Positions 1 to 7,983 of a DNA stretch of 31,798 nt are shown one piece after another. Under the pieces are notes generated by a model. That model worked only from the letters and a program-made list of their open reading frames with translations, ran no database searches and was not told the DNA's origin. Source of the DNA: Candidatus Sericytochromatia bacterium (GTDB taxonomy: Bacteria; Cyanobacteriota; Sericytochromatia; S15B-MN24; UBA4093); contig JBIIHZ010000001.1 in the NCBI GenBank assembly GCA_044235265.1, positions 1-31,798 of the forward strand, written 5' to 3'. The position numbers and the translations under genes were made by a program. Every line of letters begins with the position of its first letter. Position 1 is the stretch's first letter.

Positions 1-1
1 C

Positions 2-628
2 GTGCGGGCCGGTGAGCCCGAGGCGAAGCCCGCCAGCAAGAACCGTCGGGACAAGCTCAAGGTGGCCATCCGCCACGAGGACACGAGCATCCAGGCGGAC
101 CGCATGACCTACTGGTCGGGCCGCAAGGATGCCGAGTTCGACGGGAACGTCGTGTTCTTCCAGCGCGAGAAGCGGGGGGAGGCGCGTCATGCCTTCATGG
201 ACCATGCCCGCAACCGGACCGTGATGGACGGAGACGTCGTGCTCACCCAGATCAAGGGTGACTGGCTCGTGCGGGAGGATCTGGTCGACACCTCGAAGCC
301 GGATGCCGAGCGGGACAAGGCGCTCCGCGAGGCGATCGTCGCGCGCGGACAGAAACTGGAAGTCGACCAGGTCACGAACGATGCCGTGCTGACCGGTCCG
401 CTCGTCACGGTCGATCAGAAGGATCGACACGCGACCGGCAAGCGGGCCGTCTTCTCGGACCGGGACCAGACGCTGGTCCTGACCGAGAATGTCCGCATCC
501 GGCGTGATTCCGGCGACTGGATGGAGGCCGATCGGGCGGTCTTCCACACGGACTCGGACCGGTTCGAGGCCTTCGGGAACAAGGGGAACCAGGTCCTGAC
601 CGAGTTCAATCTCGAAGAAAATCGCTGA
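2..628 (+). CDS. LptA/OstA-like beta-jellyroll LPS-transport family protein, 5'-partial
   Basis: Repeated OstA-type beta segments (IQADRMTY..., AEFDGNVVFFQ, ATGKRAVFSDRDQTLVLTENVRI, MEADRAVF). The frame is open at the window edge, so the true start is probably upstream. Confidence 0.75.
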   Translation: MRAGEPEAKPASKNRRDKLKVAIRHEDTSIQADRMTYWSGRKDAEFDGNVVFFQREKRGEARHAFMDHARNRTVMDGDVVLTQIKGDWLVREDLVDTSKPDAERDKALREAIVARGQKLEVDQVTNDAVLTGPLVTVDQKDRHATGKRAVFSDRDQTLVLTENVRIRRDSGDWMEADRAVFHTDSDRFEAFGNKGNQVLTEFNLEENR

Positions 629-653
629 CCGCCGCGAGCTGCGACGGTCAGCG
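623..653. terminator. GC-rich hairpin between convergent genes (possible bidirectional terminator)
   Basis: Perfect 9-bp stem CGCTGACCG (623-631) / CGGTCAGCG (645-653) plus an inner 3-bp CGC/GCG. It overlaps the stop codon of the LptA-like gene. No U-tract. Confidence 0.45.
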
Positions 654-676
654 GGTTCAGGTGGAAGGCGCTGGCT

Positions 677-1255
677 TCAGCGGGTCCAGCGACGTTCGGC
701 GAAGATGTCCACCGCGTGGACGTTGACGGGGCGTCGCGCCGCGCGATTTGCCGCCGAACCCAGCTGGACCGCCACGACACCGGCCCCGATGGCGGTGCCG
801 GCTGCCACCCCGATCCCGAGTCCCGTGGCCGCGCCGGTGCCGATGGTCGCCAGCACGGCACCCAGACCGGCTCCACCGGTCTTCACGGCACCGGCGATCG
901 CCGTCCCCGTCCCGATGACTCCACCGCCCGTCGTCACGGCGATCGCCGTGTTCCGTGCGTTCCGCATCGTCTGGTCCCAGCGGTCCCGGATGGCCTCGCG
1001 CCGGGTGTTCACCTCGTCGTCGATCTCGGTGACCACGCCCTGCTGGCCCATGAAACGCACCGGGGTCTGCGTGCGGACGCCGTCCAGCCTCATGCCCCGC
1101 TGCGAGGCGATGTAGGTTGCGTTCCCCACCCGGAAGGTGACGTTGTCGGCCCCGTCTGACATCGTGGCCCGGCGAGCTTCCCAGTCGTTTCCGACACGCA
1201 GCCGCACGACGGAGTCCACGTTGCGCACCTGGTTACCGAGGGTGAGGGTCGGCAT
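677..1255 (-). CDS. Hypothetical protein with C-terminal glycine-zipper hydrophobic region (192 aa)
   Basis: ATG with GAAAGGA RBS upstream. C-terminal GxxxG-rich stretch (GGGVIGTGTAIAG...GAGLGAVLATIGTGAATGLGIGVAAGTAIGAG). Confidence 0.8.
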   Translation of the reverse strand: MPTLTLGNQVRNVDSVVRLRVGNDWEARRATMSDGADNVTFRVGNATYIASQRGMRLDGVRTQTPVRFMGQQGVVTEIDDEVNTRREAIRDRWDQTMRNARNTAIAVTTGGGVIGTGTAIAGAVKTGGAGLGAVLATIGTGAATGLGIGVAAGTAIGAGVVAVQLGSAANRAARRPVNVHAVDIFAERRWTR

Positions 1256-1362
1256 GACACATCCTTTCAGGACCGGTTCGAGTTTCCTGTTTCCCTTGTC
1301 GGGCCGACACCGCGGCTTTTTCTTAAAAAGCGTATATCTTCAGAGTAATAATTGTTGAAGCT

Positions 1363-1452
1363 GTGATCCGGGGCGGCAGCTTGACCGGGCCATCTGACAT
1401 GTGTCATCTCAGATCGGGATGGTCATGACCTGTATTCGGGCCGCCGGATCGC
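1363..1452 (+). ncRNA. Candidate structured RNA (long interrupted hairpin), family unknown
   Basis: Nested pairings 1363-1369/1446-1452, 1372-1377/1440-1445, 1382-1386/1421-1425 and 1392-1397/1409-1414. Lies just downstream of an AT-rich patch (1315-1360). Strand is uncertain. Confidence 0.3.
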
Positions 1453-1504
1453 ATAAGGTCGGGTTCACATCGTCTCGTGACCGCATGGACGGGGGGATCG
1501 GGTC

Positions 1505-1906
1505 GTGGAGCTGGACGCTCGGTGGCTGGGGCAATTCTTGCTCGAGGAGGGGGACACGCGCCCCTGGTTGGCCTGTCTGCTCGACCTGTACGAGCAGGCT
1601 CGGCGTTCCGTGGCACGCTCGGCTTCCCGGTGGCTGGAGGACGGTCTCCGGTTCCAGGTCTCGCTCTCGCCCGTGGAGGGTGAGGAGGCCTGGCTCGAAT
1701 GCTGGCGTTTCGAGCGCAGCCGCGGATACCTCGATCTGGCCGACCTGCACGGGGTGCTGTCCGCTCTGCGGCTCGGGCCACATCCCGTGCGCATCGTGAG
1801 CTGTGGCCAGACCGCCGAGATCAGCATCACGCGCAAGACCTTCACGCCCCGGACGACCGGGGACGAGGTGACGGGCCTGCGTCCCGTCACCGTCGAGCTC
1901 GTGTAG
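1505..1906 (+). CDS. Hypothetical protein (133 aa)
   Basis: GTG start with G-rich RBS about 8 nt upstream and protein-like composition. It fills the gap before the convergent ABC-F gene. No recognisable motif. Confidence 0.6.
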   Translation: MELDARWLGQFLLEEGDTRPWLACLLDLYEQARRSVARSASRWLEDGLRFQVSLSPVEGEEAWLECWRFERSRGYLDLADLHGVLSALRLGPHPVRIVSCGQTAEISITRKTFTPRTTGDEVTGLRPVTVELV

Positions 1907-1950
1907 CCGGCTGACCGGCCGGGTGCGACCGGGAGGCGTTCTCCCCGGCC

Positions 1951-3591
1951 TCAGCCGATCCGGATCGTGTATTCCGAGCCCGGCATCTTGTGTCCGGACT
2001 TCTCGAGGAAGTAGCCCAGCCCGCCCGGGAAGTCGGTCGTGGTGCCCCGATCGACGAGCACGACGCGGTTCGCGAGGTCTCGCAGGAAGTGCCGGTCGTG
2101 ACTCACGAAGAGGATCGTGCCATCGAACTCCTGGAGCGCCTCGAGCAGGATGTCCCGGCTGCGCATGTCGAGGTGGTTCGTCGGCTCGTCGAGGATCAGG
2201 AAGTTCACGGGGCGTGACAGGATCCGCGCGAGAACCACGCGCGTCCGTTCGCCTCCCGACAGCACCCGGATGGGCTTGTCCACGTCATCACCGGAAAACC
2301 TCATCGAGCCCAGGATGTTCATGACGACACCCCGTCCGGCCGTCGGGATCACCTCCTGGACGCACTCGAAGACGCTCCTGTTTCCATCCAGGATCTCGGT
2401 GTGATGCTGCGCGAAGTAGCCCACCTGGAGGCTCGCACCCAGCTTGAGATGGCCCGCGTCGTTCGCCACTTCACCCGCGACGATCTTGAGCAAGGTCGAT
2501 TTCCCGGCGCCGTTGATGCCGAGGACCGCGATGCGGTCGAGGCGCTTGATCTCGAAGGACACGTTCGAGAGGACGTGGCGATCGCCGTAGGACTTGCCCA
2601 CGCCCTCGAAGCTGGCGACCTGGTCCCCGCTGCGCGTGCAGGGCGGCCACCTGAAATCGACGGCCTTCGCCTCGCGAGGCACCTCGATGCGGTCCATCTT
2701 CTCGATCATCTTGACCCGGGATTGCACCTGGGCGGCGTGCGAGGCACGGGCCTTGAAGCGGGCGATGAACTTCTCTTCTTTCTCGAGCAGGGCCTCCTGT
2801 CGCTCCGCCGAGGCCTCGAGGTTCGCGAGGCGGAGCGCCGATTCGCGCTCGTAAAAGTCGTAGTCGCCGCCGTACGTCCGGACCTCGCCCCACTCGATCG
2901 CCACGATCTGCTTCACGAGCCGGTTCATGAAGTCCCGGTCATGGCTGGTCATGAAGATCGTGCCCTTGAACTGGTCGAGGAATTCCTCGAGCCACACGAT
3001 CGATTCGACGTCGAGGTGGTTCGTGGGTTCGTCGAGTACGAGGGCATCCGGGCCGGAGAGCAGGACCCGGGCCAGTTCGATCCGCATCCGCCAGCCGCCC
3101 GAGAAGGCCTTGACCTGCTTCTGCTGGTCCTCCGGTGAGAAGCCCAGGCCTCCCAGGACGATCGCGGCCCGGGACTCCAGTTCGTAGCCTCCAGCCGCCT
3201 CGAAGGCCTCCTGCGCCTCGCCGAGTTCCTCGAGCAAGGTCGTCATGGTGTCGGCATCGAGCTCCGGGTCTCCTAGGCGCTCGGAGAGTTCCTGGATGCG
3301 CAACTCCAGCGAGCGGACGCCGCCCTGTCCGCCCAGGGCCGCTTCCAGGACCGACAGCTCCACTTCGGAGGCCGGTTCCTGGGAGAAGTACCCGATCCGG
3401 AAGCGCTCGGGGATGACGACGTTCCCCGCATCGGGCTGGTCCTCGCCCACGATGAGGCGAAAGATCGAGGACTTGCCTGCGCCGTTCGGGCCCACCAGGC
3501 CCACGCGATCGCCCGGATTGATCTGGAAGGCGGCGTCCTTGAACAGGATGCGGCTGCCGTGGGAGCGGGTGACGTTCTGGAACGCGATCAT
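1951..3591 (-). CDS. ABC-F family ATPase (YheS/YbiT/Uup-like ribosome-associated factor)
   Basis: Two NBDs (GPNGAGKS...FSGGWRMR...LVLDEPTNHLD and GINGAGKS...LSGGERTR...LILDEPTNHLD), a helical inter-ABC linker, no TM segments, GGAGG RBS. Confidence 0.95.
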   Translation of the reverse strand: MIAFQNVTRSHGSRILFKDAAFQINPGDRVGLVGPNGAGKSSIFRLIVGEDQPDAGNVVIPERFRIGYFSQEPASEVELSVLEAALGGQGGVRSLELRIQELSERLGDPELDADTMTTLLEELGEAQEAFEAAGGYELESRAAIVLGGLGFSPEDQQKQVKAFSGGWRMRIELARVLLSGPDALVLDEPTNHLDVESIVWLEEFLDQFKGTIFMTSHDRDFMNRLVKQIVAIEWGEVRTYGGDYDFYERESALRLANLEASAERQEALLEKEEKFIARFKARASHAAQVQSRVKMIEKMDRIEVPREAKAVDFRWPPCTRSGDQVASFEGVGKSYGDRHVLSNVSFEIKRLDRIAVLGINGAGKSTLLKIVAGEVANDAGHLKLGASLQVGYFAQHHTEILDGNRSVFECVQEVIPTAGRGVVMNILGSMRFSGDDVDKPIRVLSGGERTRVVLARILSRPVNFLILDEPTNHLDMRSRDILLEALQEFDGTILFVSHDRHFLRDLANRVVLVDRGTTTDFPGGLGYFLEKSGHKMPGSEYTIRIG

Positions 3592-3771
3592 GGCGGGTCC
3601 TCCTGGGGCGCGAACGGTTCAGCCATGCTCGCACGGACGGGCGAGGAGGGCCAGAACGACAGGTGTCCTCGATCCTCGTGATGTCCAGAACTTGTGAGGT
3701 AGGACCTGTCAAGGTAGGGTCGTCATGGAGTCACATCGGTGCGCCTGCTATGACCTGAAAGGGAGCCTCCC

Positions 3772-4740
3772 ATGAGCAACGAGACCCTGATTCGCTACCT
3801 GGGCAGCTTGCTGGGCCTGGCTGTCGGTGATGCGCTGGGCTCGACCAACGAGTTCAAGGCGCCGGGCTCCTTCGAGCCCATCACGGACATGACGGGCGGC
3901 GGTCCGTTCGGCCTGAAGCCGGGCGAGTGGACCGACGACACCACCATGGCGATGTGCATCGCCGAGAGCCTGGTGACGCAGGAGCGCTACGACGCCCACC
4001 ACCAGATGACCCTCATGATGCGCTGGTATCAGCGGGGGTACCGCAGCGTGAAGGGGTTCTGCTTCGACATCGGCCAGACGGTGCGTCTGGCCCTGAGGCA
4101 GTTCGAGCTCACGGGCGACCCCTATGCCGGGTCGACGGCGCCGGCGACGGCGGGGAACGGCTCGCTGGTGCGCATGGCCCCCATCGTGATGGCTTTCGCC
4201 TCTCACCCGTCCCGGGCGATCGCGCTTGCTGCCGATCACTCGCGCACCACGCATGCCGCTCCCTTGGTGGTGGATGCCTGCCGTTACTTCGCGGGGTTGC
4301 TCGTCGGAGCCCTCCGGGGGGCTTCTCGCGAGGAGTTGCTCGCTCGCGGAGGGTATCAGCCGATCCCCGGCATGTTCGAGCGCGACCCCCTGCACCCGGC
4401 CGTGCAGACGGTGGTGGCCGGCTCCTTCCTCGACCGGGAGCCCCCGGAGATCAAGGCCTTGAGCGCTGCGGCGAGTTCGCTGGAGGCCGCGCTCTGGGCC
4501 TTCCATCGCAGCAGTTCCTTCGCCGAGGGGGCCTTGCTCGCGGCCAACCTCGGGGACGATGCCGATTCGGTCGCCGCCATCTATGGCCAGCTCGCCGGCG
4601 CCTATTACGGGCGCGACGGGATTCCCTCGACGTGGCGCGAGATGCTCGTCGGACGCGAGGACATCGAGGGCCTGGCCGCTGCCCTGTTCGAGGTGAACCA
4701 CAAGGTCACGGCCCGCACCACGCTCTCCGGAAGGAGCTGA
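3772..4740 (+). CDS. ADP-ribosylglycohydrolase family protein
   Basis: Motifs GLAVGDALG, WTDDT, GNGSLVR and NLGDDADSVAAIYGQLAGA. GGGAG RBS. Confidence 0.93.
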   Translation: MSNETLIRYLGSLLGLAVGDALGSTNEFKAPGSFEPITDMTGGGPFGLKPGEWTDDTTMAMCIAESLVTQERYDAHHQMTLMMRWYQRGYRSVKGFCFDIGQTVRLALRQFELTGDPYAGSTAPATAGNGSLVRMAPIVMAFASHPSRAIALAADHSRTTHAAPLVVDACRYFAGLLVGALRGASREELLARGGYQPIPGMFERDPLHPAVQTVVAGSFLDREPPEIKALSAAASSLEAALWAFHRSSSFAEGALLAANLGDDADSVAAIYGQLAGAYYGRDGIPSTWREMLVGREDIEGLAAALFEVNHKVTARTTLSGRS

Positions 4741-4760
4741 GCCCGCGCTCGATTGACGGA

Positions 4761-4790
4761 ACCCGTCCGCCCGTGCCACGGTGGACGGGT
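4761..4790 (+). terminator. Hairpin downstream of ADP-ribosylglycohydrolase gene
   Basis: Perfect 8-bp stem ACCCGTCC (4761-4768) / GGACGGGT (4783-4790), 20 nt after the stop. No U-tract. Confidence 0.4.
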
Positions 4791-4865
4791 CCGGGAGGGG
4801 CCGTGGCTCGGCTCACCATCGCGTCATACGGCGAGGTCCCCGGAGGTCCACCCGAGGAGCGTCGC

Positions 4866-5489
4866 ATGGTCCCCGTCAGTCCCCCCGTCACCCTGTCCGC
4901 GCCTGCCGCCGCCGAGCGCCGCCGTTCGATCCGCCAGTATCGCGACGAGGCGGTATCCCCCGAGGTTCTCGAGCAGTTGCTGAATCTCGCGGGCCGGGCC
5001 CCCTCGGCGTTCAACATGCAGCCCTGGCGACTGGTGGTCGTCCAGGACTCCGCCCTGCGCGAACGCCTGTGCGAGGCGGCCCTGGGGCAGCCCCAGGTGA
5101 AGTCGGCTCCCGTGGTCCTGGCGCTTTACACCGACATGGTCGATACCATGGCGCGTCTCGACGAGGTGGTTCCCGCCGGTCTCGAGGGTGCGGAGCGGGA
5201 GGCACGGGTGAACCGGATCCGCGGCAGCTTCGACGGTCAGGATGCCGCGGCGCTCGAGGAGTGGGGCGCCCGTCAGGGGAACATCTATCTGGGATACCTG
5301 CTGCTCCTGGCCGAGTCCATGGGGCTCGGCTCGTCGCCCATGCTGGGCTTCGTGCCGGAGCAGGTACGCACCCTCCTCGAGATTCCCGGACATGCTCCTG
5401 TCGTGGCCCTGGTCGCACTGGGTTGGCCCGGACAGGACGGGGTTCGCTCGGATCGGCACGCGCCCGGGGCGATCGCCCGCTTCCGCTGA
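4866..5489 (+). CDS. Nitroreductase family protein (207 aa)
   Basis: RRRSIRQY, APSAFNMQPWRLVVV and LLAESMGLGSSPMLGF motifs. ATG at 4866 follows a GAGGAG RBS. The long upstream extension in the ORF track (3927) is a shadow frame. Confidence 0.92.
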   Translation: MVPVSPPVTLSAPAAAERRRSIRQYRDEAVSPEVLEQLLNLAGRAPSAFNMQPWRLVVVQDSALRERLCEAALGQPQVKSAPVVLALYTDMVDTMARLDEVVPAGLEGAEREARVNRIRGSFDGQDAAALEEWGARQGNIYLGYLLLLAESMGLGSSPMLGFVPEQVRTLLEIPGHAPVVALVALGWPGQDGVRSDRHAPGAIARFR

Positions 5490-5497
5490 GGTCCTGA

Positions 5498-5950
5498 TCA
5501 GGGCTGGGGATGCCCCTCCTCGGCACAGATCAGCTTCGAGAAGTTATCGATGGCCGAGAGGTCGAGATCGGGTCGGGCCGCTGCCAGCGCGGCTCTGGCT
5601 CCGGTGAAATACCCGGCGTTCTCGGGGGCAACGGGGCCACGCTGACGGGCCCGGTAGCCCACGAGGCGCTCCTCGGCATCGTCGGCCCAGTTCTGGCGCA
5701 CCCAACCGGCGATCGCCTCGTCCTCGGCGCCGTCTGCGATCACCTGGCGCAGCGCCTCCGGGGCGATTCCGACCGTCTCCAGGAATCCCCGGTCTCCCCC
5801 GCAGGGATACGGGATGTATTCTCCCAGGGTGCCGGCCTCCATGGCGCGCGCCTTGTCGATCAGGCGGGCCAGCCAGGGGATTCCGGCCAGCTCCTCGTAG
5901 GGGCTGCGGGGGACGTCGCGGGTGAGGTCCTTGGCGGCGATCGGGGGCAT
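5498..5950 (-). CDS. DUF5069-like protein (150 aa)
   Basis: N-terminal KDLTRDVPRSPYEELAGIPWLARLIDKARA and YPCGGD match my recollection of DUF5069. ATG at 5950 has a GGAG RBS; 5962 is an alternative start. Confidence 0.7.
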   Translation of the reverse strand: MPPIAAKDLTRDVPRSPYEELAGIPWLARLIDKARAMEAGTLGEYIPYPCGGDRGFLETVGIAPEALRQVIADGAEDEAIAGWVRQNWADDAEERLVGYRARQRGPVAPENAGYFTGARAALAAARPDLDLSAIDNFSKLICAEEGHPQP

Positions 5951-6000
5951 CTGAGTCTCCATGTCTCGAACGGGTCCGGGGCGGGGAGGTCGACCGGGGC

Positions 6001-6816
6001 TCACTCGCCGTCCCAGTCGTCCTCGGAAAAGATGGGATCGTCATCGAGCCCGTCGTCGGGGAGGTCGTCCATCGACAGGTCTTCGAGCAGGTCGTCGAGA
6101 TCGCTGTCCTCGAGCAGTTCCTTCGACAGGTGCTCCTCGATGTCGTCTTCATCCCAGAGGTCTGGTACGTCGTCGGAATTCAAACCATCCACGAGGTCCG
6201 ACTGGATCCGCCTGATGGTGTTCCAGTCCAGATTCAGGCGCCGCGCCTCGGGCTGACGCGCCGCCATCGCGGCGACCATCGTGCTCGGTACGTTGACCGT
6301 GAGCACCTGCTCCGCCAGCCCCGGGGTGGCCCGCACGAAGGCCTTCAGGTGCAGCACCTTGCCTGCCCCGTGGTCGACCTGGAGGAACAGCGGGACGTTC
6401 CGGGGCAGGTCGAGCTTGAAGAAACCTCGGTCGTCCGTCCGGACGGAGGGGATGTCGGTGCGTGGACGCATGTCATGGCCCAGGACGCTGACCGTCGCGC
6501 CGGGGATGAAGGCCATCGCGCCGAGGTCGATCGATCTGGATGCATTCTGGATGCCCCAGGGGGCGACGGTCGTGAGCGGAGCCACCGTGGTGAGCGGTGC
6601 GACCGTCGTGAGATGGGCGAGCGAGTTGCCTGCCAGGGGGGCGACGGTCGTGAGCGGAGCGACGGTCGTCAGCTGACTCACCGGGGCGATCGCGGCCCCC
6701 GTGATGGCAAGCCGCGAGGCCGAATCCGGGATCGTGGCCATTTTCGGGGCGGGGCAGCCCAGCAAGCTGGCCGATGCCAGCGCGGTCAGGGGCATGAAGA
6801 GCGACGTGGCACGCAA
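6001..6816 (-). CDS. Putative lipoprotein A with 5 LTTVAP repeats, transthyretin/carboxypeptidase-regulatory-like beta domain and very acidic C-tail (271 aa)
   Basis: TTG at 6816 follows a GGGAGA RBS and gives signal peptide MRATSLFMPLTALASASLLG-C21 (lipobox). ITG..AP [repeats] ..PGATVSV..TDDRGFFKL pattern. Paralogous to 7984-8757. Confidence 0.8.
   Translation of the reverse strand: MRATSLFMPLTALASASLLGCPAPKMATIPDSASRLAITGAAIAPVSQLTTVAPLTTVAPLAGNSLAHLTTVAPLTTVAPLTTVAPWGIQNASRSIDLGAMAFIPGATVSVLGHDMRPRTDIPSVRTDDRGFFKLDLPRNVPLFLQVDHGAGKVLHLKAFVRATPGLAEQVLTVNVPSTMVAAMAARQPEARRLNLDWNTIRRIQSDLVDGLNSDDVPDLWDEDDIEEHLSKELLEDSDLDDLLEDLSMDDLPDDGLDDDPIFSEDDWDGE
6559..6672 (-). repeat. Coding 18-nt repeat, LTTVAP x2 + 8-aa spacer + LTTVAP x3
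   Basis: Units at 6655-6672, 6637-6654, 6595-6612, 6577-6594 and 6559-6576. Amino acids are identical; differences are at third codon positions only. Confidence 0.95.
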
Positions 6817-6872
6817 GGTCGGTTCTCCCGGGAAAGACAGGGCGCCCATGTTGTACCCGCCAGGCACTCGTT

Positions 6873-7970
6873 TCAAGATTTCCGGGAGGGCGAGGGAGCC
6901 TGGATCTCGGCCCAGGGTATCCCGAGTTGCAGGGCCTCGAACCGGATCTGACGGACGCTCGCGCGGGCACGGATGGCGGCGATGCGACTGGCGACCGTCG
7001 GATGGTCACTGAGCCAGGCGGGCATGCCGCGTCCCCGGTGGCGCTGCTCCATGCGCTCGAACAGGTCCACGAGCGGAGCGGGATCGATGCGGGCGCGCAG
7101 CAGCAGGTCGACGCCCTCGCGGTCGGCCTGCCGCTCGAGGTCCCGCCCGTACGAGGTCTGCGCCAGTTTCTGGAGAAGGTCCAGGTCGCCCAGGTGCGTG
7201 GCTTCCAGGAACAGCGCCAGGAACAGGGCCTGCAACATCGCCGTCGTGCCATGGCGATGCTCGACGTGCTGGATCTCGTGGGCGAGTACGCCCGCGAGGG
7301 CCTCGGCCGAGGGGGCGAGCGACACGATGCCCTGCGATACGACCACCTCGCCGCCCGGCAGGGCAAAGGCGTTCACGAGCTCAGGGTCCGTCAGGAAGGT
7401 GAGGCGATACGTGAAGCCGCGAGGCTGCTCGAGCTGTTCCGTCAGCTTCGTGAGCAGTCCCTCCAGGGCCCGGACACGCCGTGACCTGACCTCGAACGTC
7501 CCGGGCTCGCGCAGGGACCCGATGGCGAACCGGCCCAGCGCCCGGTCCGCTGCCAGGGGGACAAGGGGCAGGTACACCCGTCCGAGAGCGGGCAACCCCT
7601 TCGCGATCAGGAGGACGGTCAGCGCGATGGCCACGACGATGACGATCGAGCGCCGGCCGTCTCCGGGGTCCAGGATCGGACGGGCTTGGCCGGAGCGTCG
7701 CCCCAGACGCTGCCAGGCCTGGACCAATCGCCGATCTTCCAGCACCACGGAGGGGTTTCCCTCGCCGTCACCCCGGTGAGCCAGGATCAACCCGCTCCCG
7801 GCCTCGGCTCCGGACGCGGAGGTCAGGACGTGTTCCCGGAGCCAGAAGGCTGCGGAGCGATCCTCGAAGGTGAGCGCGATGCCCTCGGCCCGCACGTCTA
7901 CCGCGACCTCGCGCGCCTCGGCGCGCAGGCCATCGAAGTACGTGGCTTTTCCGCTGACGACGGCAGACAT
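6873..7970 (-). CDS. M48 family zinc metalloprotease with N-terminal domain and one TM helix (365 aa)
   Basis: VNAFALPGG, HEIQH (HExxH), downstream ERQAD and LSDHP motifs. AGGAGG RBS. N-terminal ATYFDG motif typical of the YjgN-associated M48 subtype. Confidence 0.92.
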   Translation of the reverse strand: MSAVVSGKATYFDGLRAEAREVAVDVRAEGIALTFEDRSAAFWLREHVLTSASGAEAGSGLILAHRGDGEGNPSVVLEDRRLVQAWQRLGRRSGQARPILDPGDGRRSIVIVVAIALTVLLIAKGLPALGRVYLPLVPLAADRALGRFAIGSLREPGTFEVRSRRVRALEGLLTKLTEQLEQPRGFTYRLTFLTDPELVNAFALPGGEVVVSQGIVSLAPSAEALAGVLAHEIQHVEHRHGTTAMLQALFLALFLEATHLGDLDLLQKLAQTSYGRDLERQADREGVDLLLRARIDPAPLVDLFERMEQRHRGRGMPAWLSDHPTVASRIAAIRARASVRQIRFEALQLGIPWAEIQAPSPSRKS

Positions 7971-7983
7971 GGGACCTCCTCGA

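Noticed and set aside
1256-1500. 6S RNA, SRP RNA, TPP or c-di-GMP riboswitch
   Set aside because: No closing stem or central bubble for 6S, no SRP domain IV motif, and the riboswitch core motifs are incomplete. Kept only as an unassigned hairpin.
1951-3591. ABC-F as an antibiotic-resistance (ARE) factor
   Set aside because: Nothing in the sequence or context distinguishes it from housekeeping ABC-F subfamilies. A subfamily phylogeny would be needed.
3697-3718. Perfect TTGACA (minus strand, 3707-3712) and AGGTAGG direct repeat upstream of ABC-F
   Set aside because: No TAnnnT at 16-18 nt spacing, and a 7-mer pair is weak evidence. No convincing leader peptide or attenuator of antibiotic-resistance ABC-F type was found.
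3772-4740. DraG/DraT nitrogenase switch or ADP-ribosyl toxin-antitoxin pair
   Set aside because: No ADP-ribosyltransferase, nif gene or toxin is recognisable nearby. It appears to be a stand-alone hydrolase.
3927-5489. 520-aa ORF as a long fusion nitroreductase
   Set aside because: Only the part from ATG 4866 (with RBS) is nitroreductase. The upstream part is an alternative frame of the ADP-ribosylglycohydrolase gene.
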